Assembly: GCF_964204645.1 (NCBI RefSeq)
Contig: NC_134029.1
Location: 2,976,001-3,040,000, forward strand
From: Tubulanus polymorphus
Lineage: Eukaryota > Animalia > Nemertea
Direction: 5' to 3'
Length of the DNA: 64,000 nt
The translations under genes were made by a program, and so were the position numbers. The notes beneath the pieces were generated by a model. That model ran no database searches. It worked only from the letters and a program-made list of their open reading frames with translations, and was not told the DNA's origin. Numbering within the stretch: the stretch's first letter is position 1; every line of letters starts with the position of its first letter. Positions 45,069 through 58,642 of this stretch are shown here, piece after piece.

Positions 45069-47604
45069 TTTATAATTCCATGTTTTGATGATAAATTGTG
45101 ACTTATAGCCAACCGCTTACTTTCTGGAAAGATAAATCGTTACGCTGTAGAAATGCGCTGTTAGGATTTACGAACAGAATTAGGCCTAACATCCCCAAAT
45201 GCTTCATTCATAATTCAAATTCCGTATAAATGTTAAACATTCGCGCTCGCAACTTGATTTTTTTTGTCATGGTATTTTGATGAGCTGAATTTTTGGAAGT
45301 TTCAATTTCCTCTACGCCACCAACTAATGATTTGTCTTGGTCTTGTATAAAGTTTTTTCATGAAATGTTTAATATTAGAGAAATTTTGTTCGTCACCTAA
45401 AGCAATTTTCAAAAATTGATTGGATATCATAAGGTGATTTCTAACAATGCGGTTCGTAGGCCTACAATCATCCTCCCAGATTCGGTATTCTTCATGTAAA
45501 ATGAGATGGCTCCTAAATTCATCTGCTTTCAGTTTGACTTTGATTTCTTTTGGGAAACGGTGATTTCATTTCAAAATTATATAGGCCTTCCTCGTTATCG
45601 GAGTTGCAATATTTCTATTTCTTGAAGTGACGGCTTTGTATGCGGACGATATGACAATCAAGAATAGGAGATAATCATATTTTTCTATCTACTAACAGAA
45701 TAATTTGATTGAACTTCTATGGTTACGCGTTTTCGAGCGAATATGCGCCGAACCTTAACGCCGAACCAATCATTTTTCCGACTTCCTATTATATCATATT
45801 CAATCGTGTGGTAAGTTTATATACTGGCATGTGTTACTGCAACTAGGCCTGGGGAACAGTTGGATCACCGAAAAAACGTATCTGCTGCAGATTATCTGAG
45901 CGCTTGTATTTTTTTTTCAAATTTTCTGGCACGACCGAGACAATAGGCCTACTCTAGTGCTCAGCTGCTCAGAATCAAATTGTTGCAAAAACATCAACAA
46001 ACACTATCAAGTCGATGCTCACTCAAATAAAACGTACACTATCTTCAGTTTGTGACAAGAATGAACAGGGAGATATGTACCTTTATGAATAAAGATACAC
46101 GCAAAATTATAATTTTTGAAATTGATAATGGTCATATATAGTAATTCATGGGACTAACTACGCTATAGTGTACTCCCTATTGAATTCAAAATACATGTAT
46201 GTGTTAAACTGAGGCAAACATACCAACCCTGCCTATGCCAACTAATACATATCACATCACTTTGGCTAGAGTTGAATGATCGATAAATCCATAACAAAAT
46301 CACAACTAAAACAAAATTCAAATTTGAAGTCAGATCGCTATGGGGTCCTGAAAGAAGCACCCATATCATAGAAAACCATTGTCATTATCGAATGTGGGCT
46401 ATATATTCTGTAGTATAAGTGTGTGTCGGTGTAATGATTAGGCCCGGATCAGGTTACTGACTAGGAAAACCCACATTGAAAAATTAAGAACCTTGTTCGA
46501 CTATGATTTCTTTTATTAATATTTCATGAAATAAGTTGAGTGATAATATAGACCTTTGAAGAGTAAGACTTTTTACACTAATTGCAATGATTAAGATTTT
46601 ACATAAGGCTTTATCCATGTTTGAAGGATTGTTCAATAACAGTTACATAAGCTAGATAGAGGAAATTTAAATATTCAGGCCCAGCTAGTAAGCCTGTCTT
46701 TAAGGAGCGCAATTGGATTGATTAAGATAGGATCCATTGCGCGTTGATAAAGAATCAATAGATATTGCGGCATTCTAAATTAGATTATTTAAAAACCGCA
46801 AGTTTAGGCGTTCAATTGGTCCTAACATTCATTAGAAACATCAGATCAAAATGATACAGCGTTTCGATACTCGTCATAAAGTACATTGGCTGCATCAATT
46901 TGGTGAATATTATATGGCAAGCACAATTTTTCTAAATTTTTAAATGTTAAAGGAAAGTTTAAGGTGCTGGACCAATAGTTATCTACACATTTGTTTGGGT
47001 CAAAAATATGCCTCCACAAGGTGAATGATATGGTAAAAATTAAGAACATTCCAAATCAAGACACATGACAGTCATTTTTGGGGGAAGATGTAGACTTTTC
47101 CCACCATAATTCGAGGATTTAATTCCCAAACTTTCATTTTTCATTGCGCCTGCATGACCTATAGTCAAGTAGTTTTCACAGCTAGAATCACCAGCCACAG
47201 ACGGTTTGTTCAAAAAACCCAGGTTGGTTTATAATATAATCTATGAAATTTGATATGTAATTTGCTTGCTTATTCTTGATATAAATGAACTACCCTGATA
47301 TTTGGTTCGGTACAGAGGCACGCAAAGTAGGTTCATGGCTGGAGGAAAGTAACCTTCATGTCAATGAGATTCACGACAAACATTTTCAGCAGTTTGCAGT
47401 TCTGAGGGAATTTTTGCAAACCGTAGGATCAAAAGTCTGGATATTTATCGGTCAACATGGTAAATAGGCTGAAAATTAAATAGTTCATATTCAAGACAGC
47501 GATGACTGACACCATTTTTGTGAGTGAATAAATGCAGGCTTATTTCGCGTTTGAAGTTTTAGTGGTTTACCACATTGCATCTTAAAACTTTATACATATA
47601 GTAA

Positions 47605-47690
47605 AGTCCGCTGCACAAGGCACCGAAAAAAAGTTTTTTCCTCGTGAAAAACGTTTTCGATGTGTCTTGTTATGCCGTGTGCAGCGGACT
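47605..47690. mobile_element. Very small PIF/Harbinger-type MITE
   Basis: 13-bp TIR AGTCCGCTGCACA with a TAA direct repeat on both sides. Confidence 0.65.
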
Positions 47691-48536
47691 TAACTAATCT
47701 TGTTTTATATTTTAATAACTTAACGTACCGGGTGTTTTTTGTCATTTATATAAAAAAGCGTGTTCATGATTATGGATAGTTGGGTTTGTCAAAATAAATT
47801 TAAAAAGATAAGTTCTAGTTATTTGTGGTTAAAAGTTGGTTTGATTTCAAGATATGTTACGGCTTTTGAAAAAGTTAAGCAGTCTGAATTCCAATGTTGA
47901 ATAAATTGGTCGGTTAGTCGTAGTTTAATAGATTCTTAAACATATTGAATATTCGGATATTTTGGTGTGCCCCAACATCGACCATTCCACGTTCTTCCAG
48001 TATACCTTTTATACAAGCTAATCATTTAAGATTGAAAACTTTTGAAATACTGAAGTCTATGGTATATCTTGCTAGATAAATTTTCCCATTTTTAAAAACA
48101 AGGTTAGTTCACAGATTTTACGGTTTTTTTTATACACATATATTTAACTCTCCATATATCATGTATTTGGTGTCGCATTATTAAGACGTATATACTTTCA
48201 AAACTTAGGTGAACCATTCTAAGATTTTCAGGTTTTCATATCCCCATATTTCACACGAATACAAAAGGATCGGTTTAACCATAGAACCACACAGAAACTT
48301 GCTCACTTGAGTAAAAGACTAGCTCAAGGAAACATTTTTAGGACCTTGTTCTGGACGTTTTCGTTATTTCTGTGGGATTCGCTTTAAATTATGCATGGCT
48401 ACATCCCTGTAGCATGTGAATTAAGTTCCAGAGTAAATTTCCAGACGGCAGATGAAGGCAATGACATAAGTTAGGGGACCCTAAATACTGAAACAAAAAA
48501 TCCAATCAAAACGTCTACTAAGTTTATTCTATAATA

Positions 48537-48717
48537 CAGTGGAACTTCGTAACAGCGAGGTTCATGGGACCAGAAAATATGTTCGTTATTACCGATAGTT
48601 CGTTTCGTTATATCCAGTATGAAATTAATAGTTATCTTTCTTACTTGGGACAAAATTCTATATTTGTTATATCCGATGAGTCGTTGTTTTCGAGTTTGCT
48701 ATAACGAGGTTCCACTG
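48537..48717. mobile_element. Tc1/mariner-pogo-type MITE
   Basis: TA on both sides. TIRs CAGTGGAACTTCGTAACAGCGA and CAGTGGAACCTCGTTATAGCAA (reverse complement of the right end). Confidence 0.8.
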
Positions 48718-49184
48718 TAATGCACGAATAACTGACGAGGTAAACTTAGCAAAAGAGTTCAATATAAGTTCCACAAAGCTAAACAGTTCAAATATCAAAA
48801 CGATACAATTTATTATAAAAAAAACAGAATTATCAGTTTTCCACTTAAAGCATTATTAAGGAATGAAAACTAATACAGCGTATCAAAAACATATATAAAA
48901 AAAACGCTAATTAATACAATCTTCGATTATCTTCTGTACAATATTTCTCTCATGCACATCGGTTTTCGAGAATTAATTGATGAAATCGTATACCAGTAGC
49001 TACAGCTTGTTGGACGTCATTAGTCTGAACAGGAGGCATGGAAGAAGGCATGTGAGACCATCTATCTTGGTTTAGTAATGCAAGATAAAAATTAATATTG
49101 CATTAATATATAGCATACTGACCCACTACCTGACTCAGCTAAATAACTGCAAGTATTCAAAATAATATTGAAAGAGTTTTTTGA

Positions 49185-49290
49185 TACTTTGGATGTTCGT
49201 AGTAATCGAGAATGGGTGCGCAGCGGTAAATCAAGTATTCGTCTAATGGCCGTCCTCCATGCCTTAAAAATGTGTCATACATACATACAA
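49185..49290 (-). mobile_element. Possible degenerate LINE ORF2 C-terminal fragment
   Basis: Translates to AWRTAIRRILDLPLRTHSRLL, which resembles the WR..IRRI..LP..TH..LL segment after the RT domain of L2/CR1-group LINEs. Stops lie nearby. Confidence 0.4.
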
Positions 49291-49774
49291 GTAGACATCA
49301 GTCCATTGGTAATACATTTATGAATCCCTATAAGTAATCTGTTTAAACTACTAATAATATATATATGTACATGTACATGAATTTAGGCCACAGGAGGACC
49401 ATCTCAGGTCAGTCCAATTCTGATGAGCCCTTGAGCGATACAAATGTAATAAAAAATATCAAGATAATTGATTAAAGCGTTTTCAAAATCTCCCTTCAAA
49501 ACTTCAAAAGTGTGTAAGTGCTAAGTTCAGCAATGCCATATTCCCTATATGGACGGATGGATGAATGCGAAGATAGACAACGGATGAACAGTGAGCACAA
49601 TAATCTGGTGGGACTTAAGTCTCAAGTGGGCTAAAAAGGAAATATCCTGATGCGGACGTAATTTCTATCGACAAAATATTACAACCATTCACAGAGGCTC
49701 TTCGACTTTGACATTCCGTCAACGATATTGGATAACACTTAACGACGTATGTCAGCAGAATTGCTGAGAATCTA

Positions 49775-52700
49775 CAAATCAACTTTTAAGTGGCCTTATA
49801 TTGTAATTTTCAATCTTAAAATTTGCCAATCTGTTGTACCGCTCAGCTGTATTTTTTTCCTAACGTCGCAGCACAGACTTCATGAGCTTGGTTATCACTG
49901 ATACCAAAATATCTTGCCACCAGGGATCTAATTATGTGTATCCTTATTCTTGCACGTACTGATGAAGAACTGAAAGATGAGAGAAATCAAATAAGAAAAA
50001 ACTTCATATCTATCTATCCATATATGTATAAATTTGAATCGTAGATCTGTACCTAACAAACACATTTGAGTGAAGACAAAAATTTAAATACATTGAACTG
50101 GTATACCAGTCATACAGGGATTCAGGAATTGAAATTTTAATACAATCATTTACAAATGCAATGAAATACCTACCTTAATCTCTTTTGAAGAATTTTGGAT
50201 ACTAAATGAATTGGTGCCATGAATGGAACTTCCATTTGTGAGTAAGAATACACCATTCTGAAAATGATAGTTTAACGGCTTTAAAGCAAATATTTGTACT
50301 GTTGACCCAACTGTATTTTGAAGGTTAAATTATTGGAGGGTTGTACAAACAAACCGTGAGATATAATGTTTTATTCAATGATGTTTTAATATTTGAACTT
50401 GAATACCGAGTGCAACATGTTCTTTCAGTAGTACGAAACATTGCTTTACCAAAATAATCTGTGAGAGTGTTCAAATATTTATGTGATTTGAGTAAACTTA
50501 CATTGGATGTACTGTATATTTTACAAAAAGCGACTCAGCAATCAGTTGAACGACACAGCTGACATTATTTTCGACAACACCAGCACCATACGCATTATCA
50601 GACAAAATATTTTCCTCCTGCAAGCTGAATGCATAGAGCAATTATCTTTATCGTTAAACAATTGCAAATAACAAGAGAAACTAAACTTATGGCACAAATG
50701 GGATGTCATAATGATATGAATTTCTCTAGAGTCCATCAGATGATGATTACATGAACTTGGCACCTCCATTTTCTGCCTTAAGCTTTAGATCAGAAATTCA
50801 TAGAAATTATGGATGTTGATTATTAATTCATCCATAATATGGGTCGCTACTATGGTCAAGATTCAGATCTGTATTAAATCCCTAGATGTACATGAGCTGA
50901 TGCTTTTTTTCAAAAATTAGCCAAATCGATCAAATTTTCAGAATCTCCTGTCATGAAACTTTGTTCTTACATGCTTGGTAGACTAAATATCTTCTCAATA
51001 TCATATCTGAGCTCAAGGAGAACCTGAAAGTATAATAGAGAGTTGGAGTGGTGTACATTTGAAAGTCCTATAGACATATTAACGGGACACCATGCCACTG
51101 CTCAATGGGATCAAAATCTATGAAAGACTACAGCAACACCGTCTGCTGACTAGTTGAAACCGATATGTTTAATGATCTTAACTAATATTCAATAATAGAA
51201 AGTAGGAATAGAAGATCTATGCTATACTGAAGTTGGCTATAGATTAGCCATCTGAGGGCTCAAGACATATATACTCACTTTCCCATTGCTGCGATACAAA
51301 TATGACAAAGGAATCATTCTTGAATCGTCTACATCGTTTTCATCATCAATGAGTTTATTCAGCTTTTGCGAACAAATCATACATACAATGCTATCAGACA
51401 TTCTAAATTTAATGAATAAATACATAACATGTAAGCATCAAAGAAACTGAATTTACAAAATGTAATGTTAACTATGAACTTAAGATTAATAACCTCGAGC
51501 TACTTTTGGAAAAACAGATAATACACGCAGAAGTAATGGACAATCTGACCTCTTCCTTGACCTAGAAGAAACAAAAGCAAAGAGACCAAATTAGACATTT
51601 CTGTAGAATAACTACTGGCAGGATCAATTTGACAATTATAGGTTGATGCTATAAATGATGGACAGTTTGTAGTAGTACGTATATATGATTTTACCTGATT
51701 ATAAGCACTGAGCTTTGTTTCGACGATATGTATGGGACATGTGTATGTTCTAATCAAATGACAATCTTTTTCTTCCAGACCGACACATCCAGGATGAATG
51801 AGCCATTTACAACTTACATTCAAACATTCCATAACATGATAGTTGCTATAAAATAAGAAGAGAGTTAGTTTTTGAATCTATGGAGTGAATAGTTTTCAAT
51901 TAAGAATTATTGATATCTTCAATGTATCATATTCAGTAACGGTATACTGGTTTGAATTTCATACAATAATGAAGGCAAAAAGAAATTATAAAATTAAATC
52001 CTTTGATTCAGAGTTTAAGTGGTTTTGTTTCAGGTAAAAAAGAAATAACATATCTTGCAATGTAATATAATGCAGTTACGTATTTTGTATTGGTCTTGAC
52101 TGGAAGTACAACCATAATAAGTCACATATAAGCTATGTGGGGGGGGAGATTGTAAGGTGAAGCACATGTGAGAATGAATAAAGGGCTAATATGCGCCATG
52201 AGTGGTGAAGACCTCTGCAGATCCAAACACAACATTCTTCAAGGGTGGTTCATTCACATAGACATGTAGATTAAATGATATCATTAGGGCGTTTTTAATA
52301 TACAATTTCAACAATCAAGAACCTTTGACATTTTATACCAACTCCTAGCTTTCTGATGCATAATTTCAGTGAAATTTTTGGCTCAGTCATGTAAATGTTG
52401 ACAATAAAAAGATGTGCTACATCTTGAAGTCAATCAAGATCAAAATTACTGCAAAGATGACAAAACGTTCCAACTTCACCACAAGAGTCATCATTATTTT
52501 TTCGGTAATCATTTTCCCAAAAAGCTAGTTATCCATTGTTACCATTCTTTCATGTTCATGCTGCTGATCACTTACTCATTTTTCTGTGCATTACAAAAGC
52601 ACAATAATGGACGTTTGTTGTCTTCATCCGTTAAATTACGCAGTATATCGAAATTTTGCCTTCTTTTCTGGACATTTGTACGCTTTAACTTCAGACAAAT

Positions 52701-53825
52701 GGGGTTAAATCATTAATAAAGCATACCATACCACTATCAATTTCTATTTTCACAACTCATGCGCATATGGCGCTTTATTAGATTTTTCACATACCTGGGA
52801 GACCGTTCGATAAGTTCTTCTTCTAAAAGTGGACAAAATTTTCAACAAAAGAAATAAAATAATGTATTGATTTTCAAAGTCATTGATATAGTGCTGTGTA
52901 AGGATAACCTTGTTAGGAGATACTTAGCAATGCTGACCGATTTCCAAGGTCCAGAGTCTAATGATCTAGTTTTCTCATTAATGCTATAGCGAAACTCAAT
53001 CAATGCTAGAATTCGTTTATATTTTCCCTTCAAAGAATTCACCCAAATTACTTAGTGATAAAACTTAATATCATTTTTTAAGTCAATGTACAACACATCT
53101 GGTTTTAGGTATCAATCCTGCATACGTATGTTGAAGCATGAATGTAAACCATCTAGTTTGAAGAGTTTGTTGAGTTATTGATTTTCTATAAATTTGATTA
53201 AATTTACTACAATTGGTATCCACTGCACAATTAATACTTACTCTTTACAAATTTTTCTTTTTTCAATATGTCCATCATCATTGTTCTGTTTCTTATTTTT
53301 CACTGGTACTAGGCTAAAAGAAAAATACACAATACACTGGTAAAAAATGAAATGGAAATATATGTGTAAATTAGTTTCAAAGTTGTTGATACATTTATGG
53401 CATGCATCAACTTACGATTCATTCATATTTAACTCATCAAGCTGATACTGCATAAAAAAGAAAGAATCAAACGAAGATCATGTTCAAATGCAAATCATCT
53501 CAAAATACTCCTTTGATAATAATAATAATGATGATTCACATTAATATGTTACAGTGCAAAAAGCATTCAGCAAAACTTTGATAGGAACAGCAAAAGTAAT
53601 ATGTCTATAATGACTAAATGTATTAAATTCAATTCCTATTATTAATTTGACACAAGAATGAATGATAAAATTGATTGTTAAGCGCCATATTTCAAACATT
53701 CTTTCATATGGATCTGAAGTGTAGAACACATACACTAATAAAAACAGAAACAATTAAAAACTTTACCTCATTGACGATTTGATCAACACAATGTCTGATC
53801 TCTTCGGGTACAGTTAAGTCATCCC
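49775..53825 (-). CDS. Spliced exon chain encoding a PHD finger, a CxxC...CxxC pair and a possibly decayed C-terminal domain; may continue the integrase gene
   Basis: Exon 52576-52688 (RPLLCFCNAQKN) joins in phase to exon about 51694-51845 (DNYHVMECLNVSCKWLIHPGCVGLEEKDCHLIRTYTCPIH). It is followed by ACIICFSKSSSR|MSDSIVCMICSQ. Small in-phase exons lie at about 53767-53824, 53416-53447, 53242-53313 and 52795-52822. Confidence 0.6.
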
Positions 53826-54505
53826 TAAAATGGTGAAAAATCATCAATTTAACTATCAACTTTAAATGTTCCATGATTAGGATAAATAAAGTAAGATATT
53901 TTCCTGGCCAAAAACTTACAGCATTTCAAAACTTGTTTCCGATGAATCCGAATCATGAACCGCAAGGGACTGACACTGTAGGCAAATGAAAATGAACCAG
54001 GGGTCCAGTGACACCATACCCACTTAGTGAAATGCATTGCAACCCGACAATTTCAATATTCAATGCCCCTGGTAAATATGTATAGAAACCAATGTCCGCG
54101 AAACTCACCACAAACATAGAATAAGTCATGGGCTACAATTTTACGTTTTCTGATTGTGTTTTACAAAATGTGTAAAGGTACTAATATTATAGGGAACATT
54201 ATCAAGTATATTATAGGGATTTGAAATGGTTGCATTAAAAAAATCTTCAAATATAATGCTAATATCTCACATTTAATCATCAACATATTTCAAGTTCTAT
54301 GTACAGGATATTTGTATTTAGTTACAGATCACATCAAAGACTTTTCTGTTTGTCTTATTAACTGGTTAACAAACGTTTGCTTATTATACACTAGTGTCTC
54401 AAACTTATCATAAACTTATTCAATAATAATCTGTAGGTAGCTTTCATAAACACCATTGACTATATTAGTACGTTATATGTTTGTAAAATATAACCAATTA
54501 CTTAC

Positions 54506-57500
54506 GTTTAACTGTTCTGTATTTTTGTTCATAACATGATTATTTCTAAAAATCACAGATTGATATCAAATACATGTAATTCTTCTTTAGATGATTGAAA
54601 GCGAAAATCACATCGAATGACCAATAAGACATACTATATAAAATATGAATAAGATGGAGAATGCAATGTAAACTTACTCGCATGACTTTCCTGAGTGGCA
54701 ACTAGCTGTACAAATTACACCCCTCTTCTTACACAGACATCTTAAAGTCGAGCAATTTGCTTTGCAGTGGCATCGGCTAGCTGGTTTCAAAGAGTGTGAC
54801 ATTGCCATCGCAGCTGTTCTTATCGGCAATTTGGGAACTGATCCCCACCCAGCGACAGGAATATCAAATTCCCCAACAAACCGTTGTAGCACATCTGCTC
54901 GCAAGGCAACATCTAAGACTCCGTACTTGGTTCTAAAAATGAGGATTAACAGAATAAAGAATAGAGCTGTTAAGACTTTGCTTTACGATTTATGAAATTA
55001 TCTGACAAACCGTATTATATAAAAGTTTCCATTCTTAAACTTTTTCACTTGGACTACCACACCAGGGAGTCTACGTAGATCTATTTTGTGGCGGTCTTGC
55101 TCAGGAATTTTCACCGTTACAAAATCCCCAACTTTGAATATTAGTTGTTCTTTGTATCCCCTTTTCAACATCCTTTTTGCGCCTTTTAAGGAGGCAAGGT
55201 TAGCAGCCATCCTAATTTTTTGGTGAGCTTCCTTAGTTGCTAGCTCATTAGCAACCTTAACTCTCTTTATTGGCAGCTCACTAAAATCAAATCCCTAGAA
55301 TGGAAGTGGTGCATTGGTTAGCCAGCTTAAAATAAGGCCAAATGTAGTAAGTAGAGTTTAGGTTATAGCAAAGTGACAAGTTTTGTGCATTGTTAAAAAG
55401 GCTTACTTGCGAAGTGGTTGAGGCATTTGGTTCCATCTGAAAAAAGTTGAGTGATATACAGATATGAAAATTGGTAAACACTGCACTTGCAATAAATGTC
55501 GATTTTCTGACACTTGAAAAATTGTCAATTTTTTAAATATACATCTCTTAGAAATGCCACAAAGTTTACATTAATGAAATACTGTAAGTATCCCTTTATA
55601 AAATGCAAGTTGGCAGTTATCTTTTCTCAGGACAAGATTTCAATGAGCCTTATTCTGCAGGAGATGAGATAGACATATTTGTATTTAAAATTAAATCGAA
55701 TATATACACAAGATAATCAATCAAGCATGTACACACCGTAATATCTTCATCACTCTGAATTGTTATGGCCTATGAAAAAGAATATGGATTACTGATACTT
55801 GGTAAGTATTATAAAAAAAACATGCATTAAGATAATATCTACAGCCTGGCTCTGTTTACAAGATGTTGATTAATTTTGAAAGGTATTTTGACTTTTGTGA
55901 TACTACTGTATTTGAAACTTAATTTCTTACTACACCCTACAGGGCCATAGGAACGAATTGTGGCCCATAATGACGGCGTAGCAGGCACAAAGCACTAAAT
56001 GGTCATAAAATTTTGAAAAATTATATCATTTAGGTACATTCTGAGTACTTCCTGGTTGAAATTAGGAATGATATAAGCTCACAGTTTCACCATTTCTGCC
56101 ACTAGGTACTATGGAGACCTACCCTAGGCATGTAGGAAGTCATAGGCAAGAGTCAGAAAATGGGGGGGGGGCATGGCTCCCCGGTTCCTACAGCCCTGCC
56201 CTAAAATAGATTTTAGTGAGTATTAGTACATACTTCTGCATTGCCCTCCTCTTCGTCATTATGTTCATTTGACTGAAATCAAATACAATTTCTTATAAGG
56301 ACTGAATAATGATATAAATACCATTTGCTGAAGTAACTACAAATTTTACCTGAAGTGCAATATTTGGGGGTTTTTGCCCATACACACATTCATAGGGGGT
56401 ACATTTTATTCGTGTGGAATACGTAGTGTTGATCATATCTAAAGAAGCAAAAAACATTGAGCATATAGGGGAAGCATATTATGAATTAATCAAGATATCG
56501 TGTTCAATTTTACTTACACATAATTCGTGGTAAATAATGATGCCATGGAAATTCTCCTTTTCCAGTGAAAGACGCTTTGAATGAGGCAATTTTATCAGCC
56601 ACGATACGATGACCCCGTTCTACTAAGCCCTGGCTCTGGGGATGACGAGGTCTACCATGGACAATTTTACAGCTGGAGGGCCATTCAGACAGAAGATCAC
56701 CCAGTTCCCGGTCAGAAAATTCACCTCCATTATCACATTGAAGAATTTTGGGTAGCCCAGTAAAACTGAATAGGATCCTGAGAGCATCTTTCACATCAGT
56801 CGCAAATTTTCCCTTCAAGGGCCACAGAAAATGAAATTTGGAGGCATGGTCAATAGCATGCAATATGAAGCGATAACCTTCTGTTTCTTGACGTTGCATA
56901 TCAATCAAGTCAACCTGAAATGAATATACATGTATGAATTAACGATAATAGTACTCAGACCTTAAATAAAAGTTATGTCTTACCTGAATTCTTTCGAATA
57001 CATTTTGGCTAATGATCGGAATGACTGGGGCTCTGCCAGTTTGCGATGATTTCAGTGTGCACACTTTGCATTTTTTCAAGGTATTCCTTACATGAATTCG
57101 AATGACACCGAAGTAGTTTTCTTGAACCTGAAAGTTGATCTTTTGAATAAGTGATTAAAGATATGATTAACTAAAACCTCAGGGAATAATTTTACCTTTT
57201 TAAATGTAGCATTCTCTCCACCATGCCCAATAGCCTCGTGACAGGATAATATGATTTGATCAAAATCTTCCAAAGGGATAACTCTGAGTTTCCTTGAAAC
57301 CTGAAACAACCCATTTGGAGCAAATGAATAACTTCTGTACATACTGCAATAAAATGATATTTTCCATGTAAGATACGTACATCACTTTTGCATGGTGCAA
57401 CTACATTCTTATCACCGTTTTCCTCCTCTTTTAAAGTAAAACCTTTGGTTTTGACCTGCAAAATAAGACGAAGCATCACTTCATAAATCAGTTCTATTAT

Positions 57501-58642
57501 GAGAAAATTGTAGTGATACAAGTCGTCAAGCATTCACAACGAGAACATTTACCTGATGTCGGAATTTGGCTAAGCTTTGGCTGTTGGGAAAATAATTCTT
57601 AACATCTGGATGCATTGGGTTTTCAAGAAACTGTTTGACAACATCCAGATATTCTTTATCCATAACCGAGCTATTTTTGGCTAAAAAATGAAACACCTCT
57701 ATTCACATTCATACATAGGCCTAATGCCTTATGAAACCAATCATTTTAATTTGTGGCCTAGCAGTAAGGAAAAAGATTCATTCCCACCAGGAAATCATTT
57801 CTGATTTTATAAAACAAAGGTATTTTATAAAACAAAGGTGAGAATGTATCTGAATAACCCATGCTATCTTAGCTTACCTCTTTTTTTCACATCAGATCTT
57901 TTCACATCATCTGTAATTCTGTTATAAAATGAATGAAAATTTATTGTAGCGAATAAATTGGCCAGCTTTTAGTCTCAAGTATCTTACGTAATAAAATGAA
58001 CAATTTTGTATCCTAAAACAAACTGAACCATAAAGCGAATCTTAGGTTTAACCACCAGCATTTGTGGGCATTGAATAATATTTTGTACCAATTGTGCTCT
58101 TTTTTTAATCAATAAAGTTTTCTTGGTTAAACTAGTTGAACTGACAACTTCGAAAAATATTTGACAGCCAAAATTTCAATATTCAACACCCCCTGATGAA
58201 CAAATACAGCAATAGATGAATGACACTGACTTTTAAATGCCATAGTGCCAATCAATTGAGCATATATACCATAATATTCCATGGTTAACATATAGCAGAA
58301 GCCATCGCCTTCTAACTCAACATAACCATACCATATCATGGGCTACCAATGTGCAATTGATTGGGTTAACAAAATATGCATACGTACCAATATAAAGGGA
58401 AAATATTAAATTTAATATCAAACTATCCGTGGTGGGGAGAGAACAAAAGACCACAATTCCGAGCAAGGAGATGTATCCTACGATAATGCAGTCAATTATT
58501 AAACATTAAGACTATCAAGACCTGTTGAAATTTTTCCTGAAAAACCTTTTAGAATATAATAAGTTTCATAGATAGACTTACTTAGATGATGCTTTCTTAG
58601 CAGAGTCATGTGCTTTCTCTGAATGATCTATAGGATTTGTAT
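54506..58642 (-). mobile_element. Intron-rich Ginger2/TDD (KRBA2/SCAND3-like) integrase-type transposase gene; about 14 exons, no lesion seen
   Basis: H2C2 zinc domain (CHEAIGHGG...CKVC); DDE core ERIQ|VDLIDM...ILQCDNGGEF...RPRHPQSQGLVER; INTT...TPYECVYG; FKVGDFVTVKIPEQDR; terminal CHCKANCSTLRCLCKKRGVICTASCHSGKSCE. Splice phases are consistent. No gag, protease or RT is adjacent. Confidence 0.85.
55940..56198. mobile_element. TIR element with a 5-bp target duplication inside an integrase intron
   Basis: CAGGGCCATAGGAAC / GTTCCTACAGCCCTG, with CCCTA at 55935-55939 and 56199-56203. Confidence 0.75.

Noticed and set aside
43857-47467. Short ORFs (43857-44186, 46846-47049, 47285-47467) as further element genes
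   Set aside because: No recognisable motifs and no consistent exon chain could be built; possibly decayed coding DNA.
54506-58642. Integrase as part of an LTR retrotransposon pol gene
   Set aside because: It has many spliceosomal introns and no gag, protease, RT or RNase H in register.
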